A DNA stretch of 32,000 bases from Candidatus Saccharimonadota bacterium (GTDB lineage Bacteria > Patescibacteriota > Saccharimonadia > Saccharimonadales > UBA4665), in NCBI GenBank assembly GCA_016699955.1, contig CP064993.1, positions 1,170,001-1,202,000 on the forward strand. Direction: 5' to 3'. Of this stretch, positions 17,651-26,210 are shown in pieces. The position numbers and the translations under genes were made by a program. The number at the start of each line of letters is the position of its first letter. Positions within the stretch are counted from its first letter, which is position 1. Below the pieces are notes generated by a model that saw nothing but the letters and a program-made list of their open reading frames with translations, did no database searches and had not been told where the DNA came from.

Positions 17651-18895
17651 ATGCTAGGAATTCACACACCCCCAGAGAAAAATGAGTTGTTCGATGCTGT
17701 AATGGCACTTGAAACAATTCGACAAGATATTCAAGACAATGCAGCAGCTGCGAATGCATTATGTCAAATACCCCGAGAAATTATTGCTAATGATTCTGCG
17801 ACTGACGAGGATCACAACCGTGCAAAATTTGACATTGCCACCGTAAGGCATGAGTTGCGCGAAACTCATAGGCTCATGCTTGCACCACGTTTTGCATATA
17901 TTATCAGGAGCTTATGGGGTAGGGGCAACATTGCAGGGACAGATGTGACTGATGAGCTGCGGGAAGCGATTACTAAAGCCTACCCAGAACACAGTAGCGG
18001 TGACCACGACGAGATCACCTCAAAGAGACGGGCATTTGCTGGTCTTGTCCTTGGCAGCGCGCTCAGTGGGGGTACGGCACGCGTTGATGGGACGTATGCC
18101 GATACGCGACCATACACCGGTTACAAATTCTTTGTGACCGGTGAGTTACCGTCTGCCATAAAACCAATAATCCCGGAAAAAGATCCCCCGCTCCAGGTCG
18201 TAAAGGGCGAGCGTGACAAAATAGATCCATCAAAAATATGGGTAAACATTACTGACCCAAGAGCAGCCCTAGTGGAGAACTCAGCTGAAAGAATTACGGG
18301 AAAGCGCAGCTTGCCTATAGCGGGTTGTGCATGGGATGATGCCGGAAAACTTGAGCATGTTATTTGGGCAGATGAATTGCAAACGACTGTATTAAGGGCT
18401 GACGATACTAAACAAAACCCTGTCGTAGAAGAAGTCTTTGAGTTAGACGGCGTAGAGTACACCGTTAAGCGGTTGTATCGATCAAACATTAATGGTGAAC
18501 TGGTGCCGAGAGAGCTTGTTGTAGCTCGCAGTACCATAACTGATGAAACTACTGGCCAAGCCGTCACATACCTCCAATTGGCTTCACCTACAAGTGTGCA
18601 CGGAATCTACGTCGGACCGAAAAGCGACACTTATAGAGTCAAGGACGATACTGTTGTAACATTCATACCCTCGGGTCGGCTTAGTATAGAAGAAGCATTG
18701 CCGCAACCCATTCGAACCGAAGCTGAACAACCTAATGAAAGTACCGTTATGACCGATGAGGAAAAAGATATTATTCTGATTGCTGAAATAGCAGCTGGGC
18801 CACAAGGCTCAATATTTGATACTTTCCGCCCTATCACTGATGAGAAGGGCCGTACAATCATTCGACCAGACTTGACCGTAGGCAAGACCAACTAG
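17651..18895 (+). CDS. hypothetical soluble protein (414 aa), no family recognised
   Basis: Track ORF with a long clean frame and no TM segment or signal peptide. A consensus promoter lies directly upstream. Confidence 0.7.
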   Translation: MLGIHTPPEKNELFDAVMALETIRQDIQDNAAAANALCQIPREIIANDSATDEDHNRAKFDIATVRHELRETHRLMLAPRFAYIIRSLWGRGNIAGTDVTDELREAITKAYPEHSSGDHDEITSKRRAFAGLVLGSALSGGTARVDGTYADTRPYTGYKFFVTGELPSAIKPIIPEKDPPLQVVKGERDKIDPSKIWVNITDPRAALVENSAERITGKRSLPIAGCAWDDAGKLEHVIWADELQTTVLRADDTKQNPVVEEVFELDGVEYTVKRLYRSNINGELVPRELVVARSTITDETTGQAVTYLQLASPTSVHGIYVGPKSDTYRVKDDTVVTFIPSGRLSIEEALPQPIRTEAEQPNESTVMTDEEKDIILIAEIAAGPQGSIFDTFRPITDEKGRTIIRPDLTVGKTN

Positions 18896-18922
18896 GACAA
18901 GCCGCCTGTGTCACAGGGGTAG

Positions 18923-20437
18923 TTACGCGTTGGGGGGTGGGGTATCGATGTGGGTTTCGTCGCGGGCAAGCATGTGACCTTCGGGGTCAACATCATAGGC
19001 AATAATGCCACCGAAGGGCATTTCTAGACTCTCAACAGCTTGGTCGGATATATTTTCAATGTATTTTATGAGGGCGCGAAGTGAATTGCCGTGCGCAACG
19101 AGCAGCACATTCTTACCAGCCATAAGTAGCGGGACAACTTCATTTTGGTAAAATGGCACCGCGCGCTCATAGACTACTTTGAGCGTTTCGCCATTTGGCA
19201 CCGAGTGATCCCAGCCGCGCCGAATACCGTTAAACTCTTCTTCGCCAACTAGCTCTTTCATGTCCCACTTGTTTTTTCCGGTGTAGTCGCCGTAATCACG
19301 CTCGTTTATTTCTCGGCGGCGTTCATACGGAACATTGAACTGCTGAGAGGCATTGAGCATGCCCTCAAGAGTCTCGAGCGTGCGCACTTGCTCTGAGCAA
19401 TAGGCTTTGTCGAGTTTCATGTCGAGCTCACGGAGCGCTATGCCAAGCAAACTTGCTTCGTGAAAACCCTTTTCGCTCAGGTGAACATCCGTTAGGCCTG
19501 TCCACTTACCACTTGCATTCCACTCGCTTTCGGCGTGACGCGTCAGCAAAAGCTTTCCAGCGGTAGGCTTGATAGGTTTTACCTGGTTTGGTATGTCGCC
19601 GTACCAAAAACGAATGATATTTTGGCAGGTTGTGCCGTTTATACGGCCAATCGCTTCCTCGGTGTTAAACGCGTTATGTGGGGTCAGTATCACGTTTGGC
19701 AACTTGTTGAGTGCCATCAGCGCCACGCTTTGGGCACCGGTTGATGGCGGCAACTTGTTACTGCGCAGCAGGCCAACTTCTTCCTCCATTTTGAAAAGCT
19801 GTTCGCCTTCCAACACGTCGAGCGCGGCACCGCCAAGACGGTCGTGCATGAGCGCATCTGCCAGAGCCGAGGCATCGACGAGCTCACCGCGGGCAGTATT
19901 GACTAAAAAGGCTGTTGGTTTCATGAGCGCTAGTCGTTCAGCGTTTATGAGATGCTTATTTTCAGGAGTAAACGGCGCATGAAGTGTCACTACGTCGCTA
20001 ATCTTTAAAAGCTCTTCCAGCTTTACATATTCAAAGCCAAGGTCACGCGCCAACTCTTCTTTGCCGTATGGGTCAAACCCAACGACACGCATTTCAAAAC
20101 CCTTGGCAATTTTTATAACATGCTGGCCAATATGCCCAGTTCCCACTACGCCAATGGTTTTTTCGTGCAAGTCACTGCCCATCAGTGTGCTGAACTCGAC
20201 TTCATGATTCAAAAAACCTAGACTGGGGGCAAGTTTGCGGGTAAGTGCCAGGAGCAATGTAAAAGTATATTCGGCTACTGTTGATTCGCCGTATGTCGGT
20301 ACATTTACTACCTTTACACCGCGGGCTTCAGCGGCCGTCAGGTCGACATTGTTGAAGCCGGTTGAGCGACAGGCGATAAGTTTTAGCCTGGGCAGTTTCT
20401 CTAACATCTCACTTGTCACACTACTGGTGACAAACAC
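18923..20437 (-). CDS. fusion protein: D-isomer-specific 2-hydroxyacid dehydrogenase (NAD-binding) + histidine-phosphatase phosphoglycerate mutase (GpmA-like)
   Basis: N-part: STGFNNVDL, GVVGTGHIGQHV (GxGxxG), NTARGELVD, LTPHNAF. C-part from about aa 295: LLLTRHAESEWN..KWTGLTDVHLSEKG and AHGNSLRAL. The track ORF starts at GTG 20437, immediately after an in-frame TAG (see the next feature). Confidence 0.85.
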   Translation of the reverse strand: MFVTSSVTSEMLEKLPRLKLIACRSTGFNNVDLTAAEARGVKVVNVPTYGESTVAEYTFTLLLALTRKLAPSLGFLNHEVEFSTLMGSDLHEKTIGVVGTGHIGQHVIKIAKGFEMRVVGFDPYGKEELARDLGFEYVKLEELLKISDVVTLHAPFTPENKHLINAERLALMKPTAFLVNTARGELVDASALADALMHDRLGGAALDVLEGEQLFKMEEEVGLLRSNKLPPSTGAQSVALMALNKLPNVILTPHNAFNTEEAIGRINGTTCQNIIRFWYGDIPNQVKPIKPTAGKLLLTRHAESEWNASGKWTGLTDVHLSEKGFHEASLLGIALRELDMKLDKAYCSEQVRTLETLEGMLNASQQFNVPYERRREINERDYGDYTGKNKWDMKELVGEEEFNGIRRGWDHSVPNGETLKVVYERAVPFYQNEVVPLLMAGKNVLLVAHGNSLRALIKYIENISDQAVESLEMPFGGIIAYDVDPEGHMLARDETHIDTPPPNA

Positions 20438-20581
20438 CTAAATAACCTCGGCTTCGGGATCAAGATTGTTTAAAGCTATACCCTCTTCCACAAAAGTCCA
20501 GCGGTGGTCAGTGCTTTTGAGACCATCTTCGAGTTGCCGCCTGTCTAGGCTCGAAGCGTCGTAAAAATAGATTAGTGCCAT
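20438..20581 (-). pseudogene. detached N-terminal 47 codons of the dehydrogenase, ending in in-frame TAG (20438-20440)
   Basis: Hand translation from ATG 20581 (GAAGG upstream): MALIYFYDASSLDRRQLEDGLKSTDHRWTFVEEGIALNNLDPEAEVI-TAG-VFVTSSVTSEMLEKLPRLKLIACRSTGFNNVDL. It is in the same frame as CDS 18923..20437 and reads like the normal N-terminus of this dehydrogenase family. Confidence 0.7.
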
Positions 20582-20741
20582 ATGCCTTCAGTATGCCATA
20601 AGCGGGATAAAACGCATAGGCTCTGTCACGCATTTTGCTTTCCTAGGGCAAACATAAGTGCATTTTTCCTCAAAGCCCGCAGGGAGGAGCGGCAAAGTAT
20701 AGCTAGTGGCATAAACGTAAGCAATATGCGATGATAAATAT

Positions 20742-22016
20742 ATGAAAATAACATCCATACACGCACGACAAATATTAGATTCACGAGGCAACCCGACTGT
20801 CGAAGCCGATGTTGTCTTGGGTAGTGGCGTTATGGGCCGCGCTGCGGTACCAAGCGGGGCGAGCACTGGCACCCACGAAGCCTGCGAACTGCGCGACGGT
20901 GATACGACAAAATACGGCGGGCAGTCCGTCGAAAAAGCTGTTGCCGCCGTAAACGGTGAACTTACTAAAGCCCTATGCGACAAACCGGCCGACGATCAGT
21001 TCGTTCTCGACCGTCTGATGATTGAGCTAGACGGCACCCCCAACAAATCTCGTCTGGGTGCCAATGCCATATTGTCAATATCCCTTGCCGCAGCTCGAGC
21101 CGCTGCACTAGAGCGCGGCGTGCCACTTTATCGCCACCTAAACGACATCGCCGGGAACCCAGCCATGAGCCTACCTATGCCCATGATGAATATCGTCAAC
21201 GGCGGCAAACACGCCCTCGGTGGAGCTGATTTTCAGGAAGGAATGGTCATTCCGGCTGGCGCAAACAGTTTTAGCGATATCGTCCGGATGGGCAGCGAAA
21301 TATTTCACGCGCTTCAGAAACACTTGGCAGATCAGGGGCTCTCAACCCAGGTTGGTGATGAGGGCGGCTTCGCGGTGGCCGTCAATCATAACGAAGAGGT
21401 ATTGCACCTGCTTGCGGTAGCCACTCAGAAGGCTGGTTACATTCCGGGGAAAGATGTATTTTTCGCCCTAGATGTTGCCGCGAGCGAACTCTACAAAGAC
21501 GGCAGCTACCATCTTGCCCGGGAAAATACGACACTCAGCTCGGCGGAACTAATTGAACGCTACGAGCAACTCACTCAGAAGTACCCGCTAGTTTCTGTTG
21601 AAGACGGACTTGCCGAAGACGACTGGGACAACTGGCAAAAATTGACTCAAAAGCTCGAGCAGACACAACTTGTCGGCGATGACCTACTGGTAACCAATCT
21701 TGAACGACTCAATAAAGCTATTGAGCTAAAAGCCGGAAATGCCATTTTAATAAAGGTAAACCAAATCGGCACACTCACCGAAACTATTCAGGCAATCAAC
21801 CGCGCGAAAGAAGCTGGCTGGGGCGTAATCATTTCGCACCGCAGCGGCGAGACAGAAGACGTCTTTATATCGCACCTAGCTGTCGGCACTGCTGCCGGGC
21901 AAATCAAAACCGGTAGCTTAAGCCGCAGCGACCGTGTCGCCAAATACAACGAGCTCCTACGCATAGCCGAATTCGACCCAACCCTCCCCCTTGCCCAACC
22001 ATTTGTTGGCGAATGA
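20742..22016 (+). CDS. eno: enolase
   Basis: [43 protein letters not shown] motifs. 424 aa. Ends with TGA. Confidence 0.97.
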   Translation: MKITSIHARQILDSRGNPTVEADVVLGSGVMGRAAVPSGASTGTHEACELRDGDTTKYGGQSVEKAVAAVNGELTKALCDKPADDQFVLDRLMIELDGTPNKSRLGANAILSISLAAARAAALERGVPLYRHLNDIAGNPAMSLPMPMMNIVNGGKHALGGADFQEGMVIPAGANSFSDIVRMGSEIFHALQKHLADQGLSTQVGDEGGFAVAVNHNEEVLHLLAVATQKAGYIPGKDVFFALDVAASELYKDGSYHLARENTTLSSAELIERYEQLTQKYPLVSVEDGLAEDDWDNWQKLTQKLEQTQLVGDDLLVTNLERLNKAIELKAGNAILIKVNQIGTLTETIQAINRAKEAGWGVIISHRSGETEDVFISHLAVGTAAGQIKTGSLSRSDRVAKYNELLRIAEFDPTLPLAQPFVGE

Positions 22017-22105
22017 AGTAAAACGCGTCTAGTGGACCTGTTGTCTTCTGATTTGAAGCTGCTTACGTGTAGTCTACTGGTGCTGTTTCTGAAGGGGTAT
22101 GATTC

Positions 22106-23524
22106 CTACGAAGAGAGAACGGTCGGAAGTACGTTGTTCGCCCATCCCCAACCATCGGCCTGATCGATAGGACCGTCGTAGAAGAACATACCGCGTAGAG
22201 TTGGCCATTGGCTGCGGGCAGAACTCCAGTATTGCAGCATCAGTGAATACGCCATACCACCGTTGCTGTAGTTGGGGCCAGTCACGCCCATTATTACCTT
22301 ATTTGCAGGTATACCATAGGTGCTGACGGCTTTGTTGATATAGGTTTGGATATACGACCAACCTTGGGAGTAATTGCTGTACTCGGGGCTGTCGTAGAAC
22401 TGAAGGCCAAACAGTGTGAGCATGCCAGCTTGCTGTAGTTGCTGGGCGGCTTGGAAAGGAGCGGTTTCCCATGGCCGCGGTACCATGGTAATCATGAAGC
22501 TAGAACCATAGTGGGCAACAAGCTGTTGCGACACACTGATAATATTTGCTACCGTGTACGAGGATGATTCGAGGTCCCAGTCGATGCCATCAAGTCCCAG
22601 CCGGTCAATGATTGACTTGACACTATTGACCATCTGGGTGACGTGCGTGCCAGTTTGTAGTGCAATGCCGCCATCATTGGCGCCACCAAGTGTCAAGATC
22701 ACCTTTTTACCAGCGGCTTGTTTAGCAGCAATAAATGCGGCATCACCCTCAAATGGCGAGTAGCTTAATGTACCAGTCCCCGAAGCGGCTGATTGGGCAA
22801 CAAATGCGTAGGCATGAGTGGCGCCATGCGAGAAACACTGTGACAGTGTCGGTGAATTCCATTTGTTGACGTAGTACCCAGCCAGAATGGCAGGAAGCGA
22901 GCTTGTCCCGCCCGTGGTACTTCCTGTGACCGTAGCGGTGTTTGTCGTCCCACCAGCCGAGAAGTTACCGACTATGCTGTAGGAATAGCTCGTACCAAGC
23001 GTGAGGCCAGTGTCGTTGTAGCTTCGAGCGGCAGCTGCGGGCGATGCAATGATGTTGCCGTTGCGTCTAAGCGTAAAGTCGTTGAGCGCGCTGCCAGAAT
23101 AGCTCCAAGCAAGGTTAAGGGTAGTGTTGGTCGGAGACGATATCAAAAAGTTGGTTATAGTGTTAGGGCTAGTGCTCGGCAGGCTGAATTGTACCTTTGG
23201 CCCGACAATCCAAGTCGCTTGGTTGTCGATACTGTATGATACATAGGCTACGAAGTTACCAGCGCTCAAGGTGAGCGATCCCGACAGGTTAAAAGTACCG
23301 TTAACTGTCTGGCCATTAGCAAAAGCGGTCGAAGCTACCCACGGGTAGCCACCGGTGTCTTGGGCGACGGAAATATTGAGGCCATCGAAGGTAACCGGTA
23401 AAGTGGTAGTAATGCTGCCGCTGAGGCTGACGGTTAAATTCGAAGGAATGGCGGTAACTGTACCATGTGTAATCATCTCTGGTTCGTTTGCCGCTCGTTG
23501 TAGTCTGCGCCTGGACATGCTCAT
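22106..23524 (-). CDS. FN3-domain + glycoside hydrolase family 18 (chitinase-like) protein
   Basis: GH18 catalytic signature LDGIDWDLE (DxxDxDxE), preceded by KVILTLGG. An FN3-like segment (..TLNLAWSYSG..NDFTLRRNG..YNDTGLTLGTSYSYSI..) lies upstream. Confidence 0.8.
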   Translation of the reverse strand: MSMSRRRLQRAANEPEMITHGTVTAIPSNLTVSLSGSITTTLPVTFDGLNISVAQDTGGYPWVASTAFANGQTVNGTFNLSGSLTLSAGNFVAYVSYSIDNQATWIVGPKVQFSLPSTSPNTITNFLISSPTNTTLNLAWSYSGSALNDFTLRRNGNIIASPAAAARSYNDTGLTLGTSYSYSIVGNFSAGGTTNTATVTGSTTGGTSSLPAILAGYYVNKWNSPTLSQCFSHGATHAYAFVAQSAASGTGTLSYSPFEGDAAFIAAKQAAGKKVILTLGGANDGGIALQTGTHVTQMVNSVKSIIDRLGLDGIDWDLESSSYTVANIISVSQQLVAHYGSSFMITMVPRPWETAPFQAAQQLQQAGMLTLFGLQFYDSPEYSNYSQGWSYIQTYINKAVSTYGIPANKVIMGVTGPNYSNGGMAYSLMLQYWSSARSQWPTLRGMFFYDGPIDQADGWGWANNVLPTVLSS

Positions 23525-23738
23525 GATTAATATAGTATCACGGAAGGATTGTTTGGGAGCACAGTTTTTCTTTGTTCTAGACAGCTACAATAAAAAAATG
23601 ACAGCAAATAGCTCCCGTATATTTCATTAGTTAGCACTTAAAGGACAGGTGCATCTATATGAGCCTTAAGTGGAGTTAAGAGTTCTTGAGAAAATCAAGT
23701 GAAGTAAAACTTGTATCTGTTATTACTCCGTCCCAGGT

Positions 23739-23759
23739 AAAAAATCGCTGAAGGCGACT
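23739..23759 (-). terminator. rho-independent terminator (weak)
   Basis: Minus strand reads GTCGC-cttca-GCGAT-TTTTTT, about 25 nt after the stop of CDS 23782..24033. Confidence 0.5.
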
Positions 23760-23781
23760 GTAATAATAACTACTCGATATG

Positions 23782-24033
23782 CTACATGCCGAGGTTTTTC
23801 ATGGCGTGGTAAACCAGAAAAGCCGGCCAAACAAGAGCTTTCAGCAGTCCAAAAGCGCCCATCCAGAACCCAGTTGCTGTCGATATATAGTAAATCGCCG
23901 CACCAATCATGCCTATAGAGTAAACCGAGTTACCGCCGCCCTGACGAATGACTGTCCGGTGTCTCCGTACACGCTTATTGGCTCCCCTGTCGCTCCTATC
24001 TATCACTTCTGCTTCAACAACGTGCTTTGCCAT
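23782..24033 (-). CDS. small two-helix membrane protein (83 aa)
   Basis: Track ORF. GGGNSVYSIGMIGAAIYYI..FWMGAFGLLKALVWPAFLVY resembles a conserved small membrane-protein family seen in Gram-positive genomes. No name assigned. Confidence 0.6.
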   Translation of the reverse strand: MAKHVVEAEVIDRSDRGANKRVRRHRTVIRQGGGNSVYSIGMIGAAIYYISTATGFWMGAFGLLKALVWPAFLVYHAMKNLGM

Positions 24034-24158
24034 ACATTTCTCCTTTATTCTTCCATTCTACCACTATTCCCTTTTCGCCCCTGTTATGCTACACTGTTTC
24101 AGCTAAACTCCATTTGAAAAATGAAGAATGTAAATTAAAATGGAGTGCTAGCGCTTTT

Positions 24159-24233
24159 GGCCTCATCTTCTAACGGTTAGGAAATCGGGTTTTCATCCCG
24201 GCAATCGGAGTTCGATTCTCCGTGAGGTCACCA
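24159..24233 (+). tRNA. tRNA-Glu (anticodon UUC), CCA encoded
   Basis: Acceptor GGCCTCA/TGAGGTC (one G:U), short D stem TTC/GAA as usual for tRNA-Glu, anticodon arm TCGGG-TTTTCAT-CCCGG (TTC at 34-36), T arm GGAGT-TCGATTC-TCCGT (first pair G:U), then ACCA. Confidence 0.9.
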
Positions 24234-25911
24234 TAAGAGATTTTTCAAGCGGCGCAAGCCGAAAGACCGAATTCACCCCCGTAAAAAGGGGTGTTTTTGG
24301 TGTTCCATAATCTAAATCATTGTAGGTAGGAAGTTCGTTGAACAATAAGCCAAATAACTTGGCCTTTTTGAGTGGATCCTGCTGCTTTAACAGTAGTGAA
24401 TCGAGGTGTTCCAGAAAATATCGCACTCTCGAGAGTATGCGGTCGATATCGATAGGTTTTTTGTTCTGCATGGCTTGTTTCTCCTTCTCTAACTTTGTTA
24501 TCTTGCTGTGGATGCTTTCGATTTCTTTTTCTATGTAGGCGATAGCGGTTGGATTCGACAGAAGCATGATTTTGCTGATTGCAGCCTCCGCCTCGCCCTG
24601 AAGTGCCGTAATATGGCTTTCTATAGTTGCCTTATCAGCACCAGACAGTGATTGTCTGCGCTCAAACTCGGCACGGACAGTATCGAGTAGCAAGTCTATC
24701 TGGTCTTGGTTAACCTTTATGCGAGCGATAAACTGCGTAATCTTATCGTCCATATCGTCTTTTGGTACTCGGAAATAGTGCCCTCTGTTGCTGCAGTGAT
24801 ACGCCGGGTAGTATTTGCCGGACTTGCCACGGCTAGCGCTGCCGAGGAGCGTATTTTTACATTCGGGGCACAATACCACTTTTTTGTAAGGGAAGTCAGG
24901 GTTATTCATAACTTTATTTACTAAATGTGGCTTCGGAGCTTGTCGGTGGATTTCATACTCACCATCCTTTTCGTTGTAGCCAATATACTTTTTGCTGCGA
25001 TTTGCTCTATTGAACAAGTCGATGGAGATTAAGCCTTCGAAGGCACATTTAACTGGCTGGTAATCAGTCCATTTCTCTACATTAATACCCGCATAAATTG
25101 TGCTTTGCAGCATTTTCTGCATGCTTTTGACGGTGAGTGGGCGACCGCCTTTTTTACAAATGACTTTACTTAAGTCGTCTTTGTTACGGATGTAACTCAC
25201 ACGAGTTTGGTAACCGAGATCGTTAAGCTTGTCGACGATTTCAGTGTCCGTCAGCAGCCCTTCAGCCCGTAATTCAAACATCATGCGTATAAACTGCGCC
25301 TCTTCTTCGCGCGGTCTTAGCACGGTACGCTTTCCTTGATTAGTGTCTACTTTTTCGCTGTAGTATCCAAAAGGCGGTTTGCGCATCCAATACCCGTTCC
25401 TCGTGTAGCGGATCTCTGCGCCAATCATGCGGCTCATAATGTCTCGCAGCTCGTCTCTTGAACGTTCGGCTTCAAGGATCTCCGACTTCTTGCTTGGGCT
25501 ATACACGCTCCATTTATATTCGAACCCAAGGTGGTCGAGCGTATTCACTTGCCGGGAGCTTATAACGCCGTATATATCGACGAGCTGAACTTTGCTCGCT
25601 TCGAGCTGGTTCTTAAGGATATCGTAGCTGAGAGAACCACCACGGGTAAAGCGGTCAATCGATTTGATGACAAATAGGTCTATGGCGTTCTTCGGATCTT
25701 TGCAGTAGTCAACGGCTTCTTGCATGGGCTGCTGTTCTTTACTGGCTGATTCCATGAACACAAAGTACTTTTTGATTGTTATGCCTTTAGTCTCGGCGAA
25801 CCGTTCGATTTGCTCTTTCTGCGCCTCGGGGGAATCGCCATCGGTGCCTTGCTTGGTCGTGGATACTCGTATAGCTGCTACGGCATTTTTGCCAGCTAAT
25901 TCAGAGTGCAT
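24193..25911 (-). CDS. large serine recombinase (integrase type)
   Basis: N-terminal resolvase catalytic domain (AAIRVSTTKQ..., IKSIDRFTRGG), recombinase domain, Zn-ribbon CPECKNTL...YHCSNRGH, long coiled-coil C-terminus. 572 aa. The last 13 codons (MVTSRRIELRLPG) and the TGA stop are encoded antisense to tRNA-Glu. Confidence 0.9.
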   Translation of the reverse strand: MHSELAGKNAVAAIRVSTTKQGTDGDSPEAQKEQIERFAETKGITIKKYFVFMESASKEQQPMQEAVDYCKDPKNAIDLFVIKSIDRFTRGGSLSYDILKNQLEASKVQLVDIYGVISSRQVNTLDHLGFEYKWSVYSPSKKSEILEAERSRDELRDIMSRMIGAEIRYTRNGYWMRKPPFGYYSEKVDTNQGKRTVLRPREEEAQFIRMMFELRAEGLLTDTEIVDKLNDLGYQTRVSYIRNKDDLSKVICKKGGRPLTVKSMQKMLQSTIYAGINVEKWTDYQPVKCAFEGLISIDLFNRANRSKKYIGYNEKDGEYEIHRQAPKPHLVNKVMNNPDFPYKKVVLCPECKNTLLGSASRGKSGKYYPAYHCSNRGHYFRVPKDDMDDKITQFIARIKVNQDQIDLLLDTVRAEFERRQSLSGADKATIESHITALQGEAEAAISKIMLLSNPTAIAYIEKEIESIHSKITKLEKEKQAMQNKKPIDIDRILSRVRYFLEHLDSLLLKQQDPLKKAKLFGLLFNELPTYNDLDYGTPKTPLFTGVNSVFRLAPLEKSLMVTSRRIELRLPG

Positions 25912-26051
25912 AGTGTAGCCTCGCTCTGTGTAAGTTCTTCTTCAGCTATCTCAAGTAGGAGAGTCGCTAAGTACGCAAGCCTATCCGCTTCGTCCGCTTG
26001 GACGATTTCTGGTGGCGTTTCTTTGTTCTTTGAACCTGTAGGCCTGCTCAT
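25896..26051 (-). CDS. small acidic ORF (51 aa) overlapping the recombinase start
   Basis: Hand-found; too short for the ORF track. GAGGG 6 nt upstream of ATG 26051. Sequence MSRPTGSKNKETPPEIVQADEADRLAYLATLLLEIAEEELTQSEATLCTLN. Its last codons overlap the recombinase ATG (25911), so coupled translation is plausible. Function unknown; a recombination directionality or accessory factor is only a guess. Confidence 0.45.
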   Translation of the reverse strand: MSRPTGSKNKETPPEIVQADEADRLAYLATLLLEIAEEELTQSEATLCTLN

Positions 26052-26075
26052 ATCTACCCTCGTTAAGCTTACCTT

Positions 26076-26130
26076 ATAGGGATAATTATACTACACCAAT
26101 AGGGATAACTACAAGCATTTTAGTTATAAT
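26076..26130. promoter_or_regulatory. divergent promoter region with two direct repeats ATAGGGATAA
   Basis: ATAGGGATAA at 26076-85 and 26099-108 (23-bp period), each followed by (ttat)ACTAC. TATAAT on the minus strand at 26085-90 with TTGTAG 18 nt upstream faces the small ORF and recombinase. TATAAT on the plus strand at 26125-30 faces CDS 26211. Confidence 0.5.
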
Positions 26131-26210
26131 TCCGAAATTAGAACTTGTTGCTATTCCGCCCCTGTAAAAGTGCACTTTTGCGTTTCTCTCTTTTATACTA
26201 TGTATACCTT

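Noticed and set aside
20588-20983. 131-aa minus-strand ORF overlapping the eno start
   Set aside because: It is antisense to the highly conserved enolase N-terminus, and its upstream part covers the intergenic region. No support.
26076-26108. TAGGGATAA resembles half of the I-SceI homing-endonuclease site
   Set aside because: Only 9-10 nt match, and no LAGLIDADG ORF or intron context is present. Most likely a coincidence. An interpretation as operator repeats fits the promoter geometry better.
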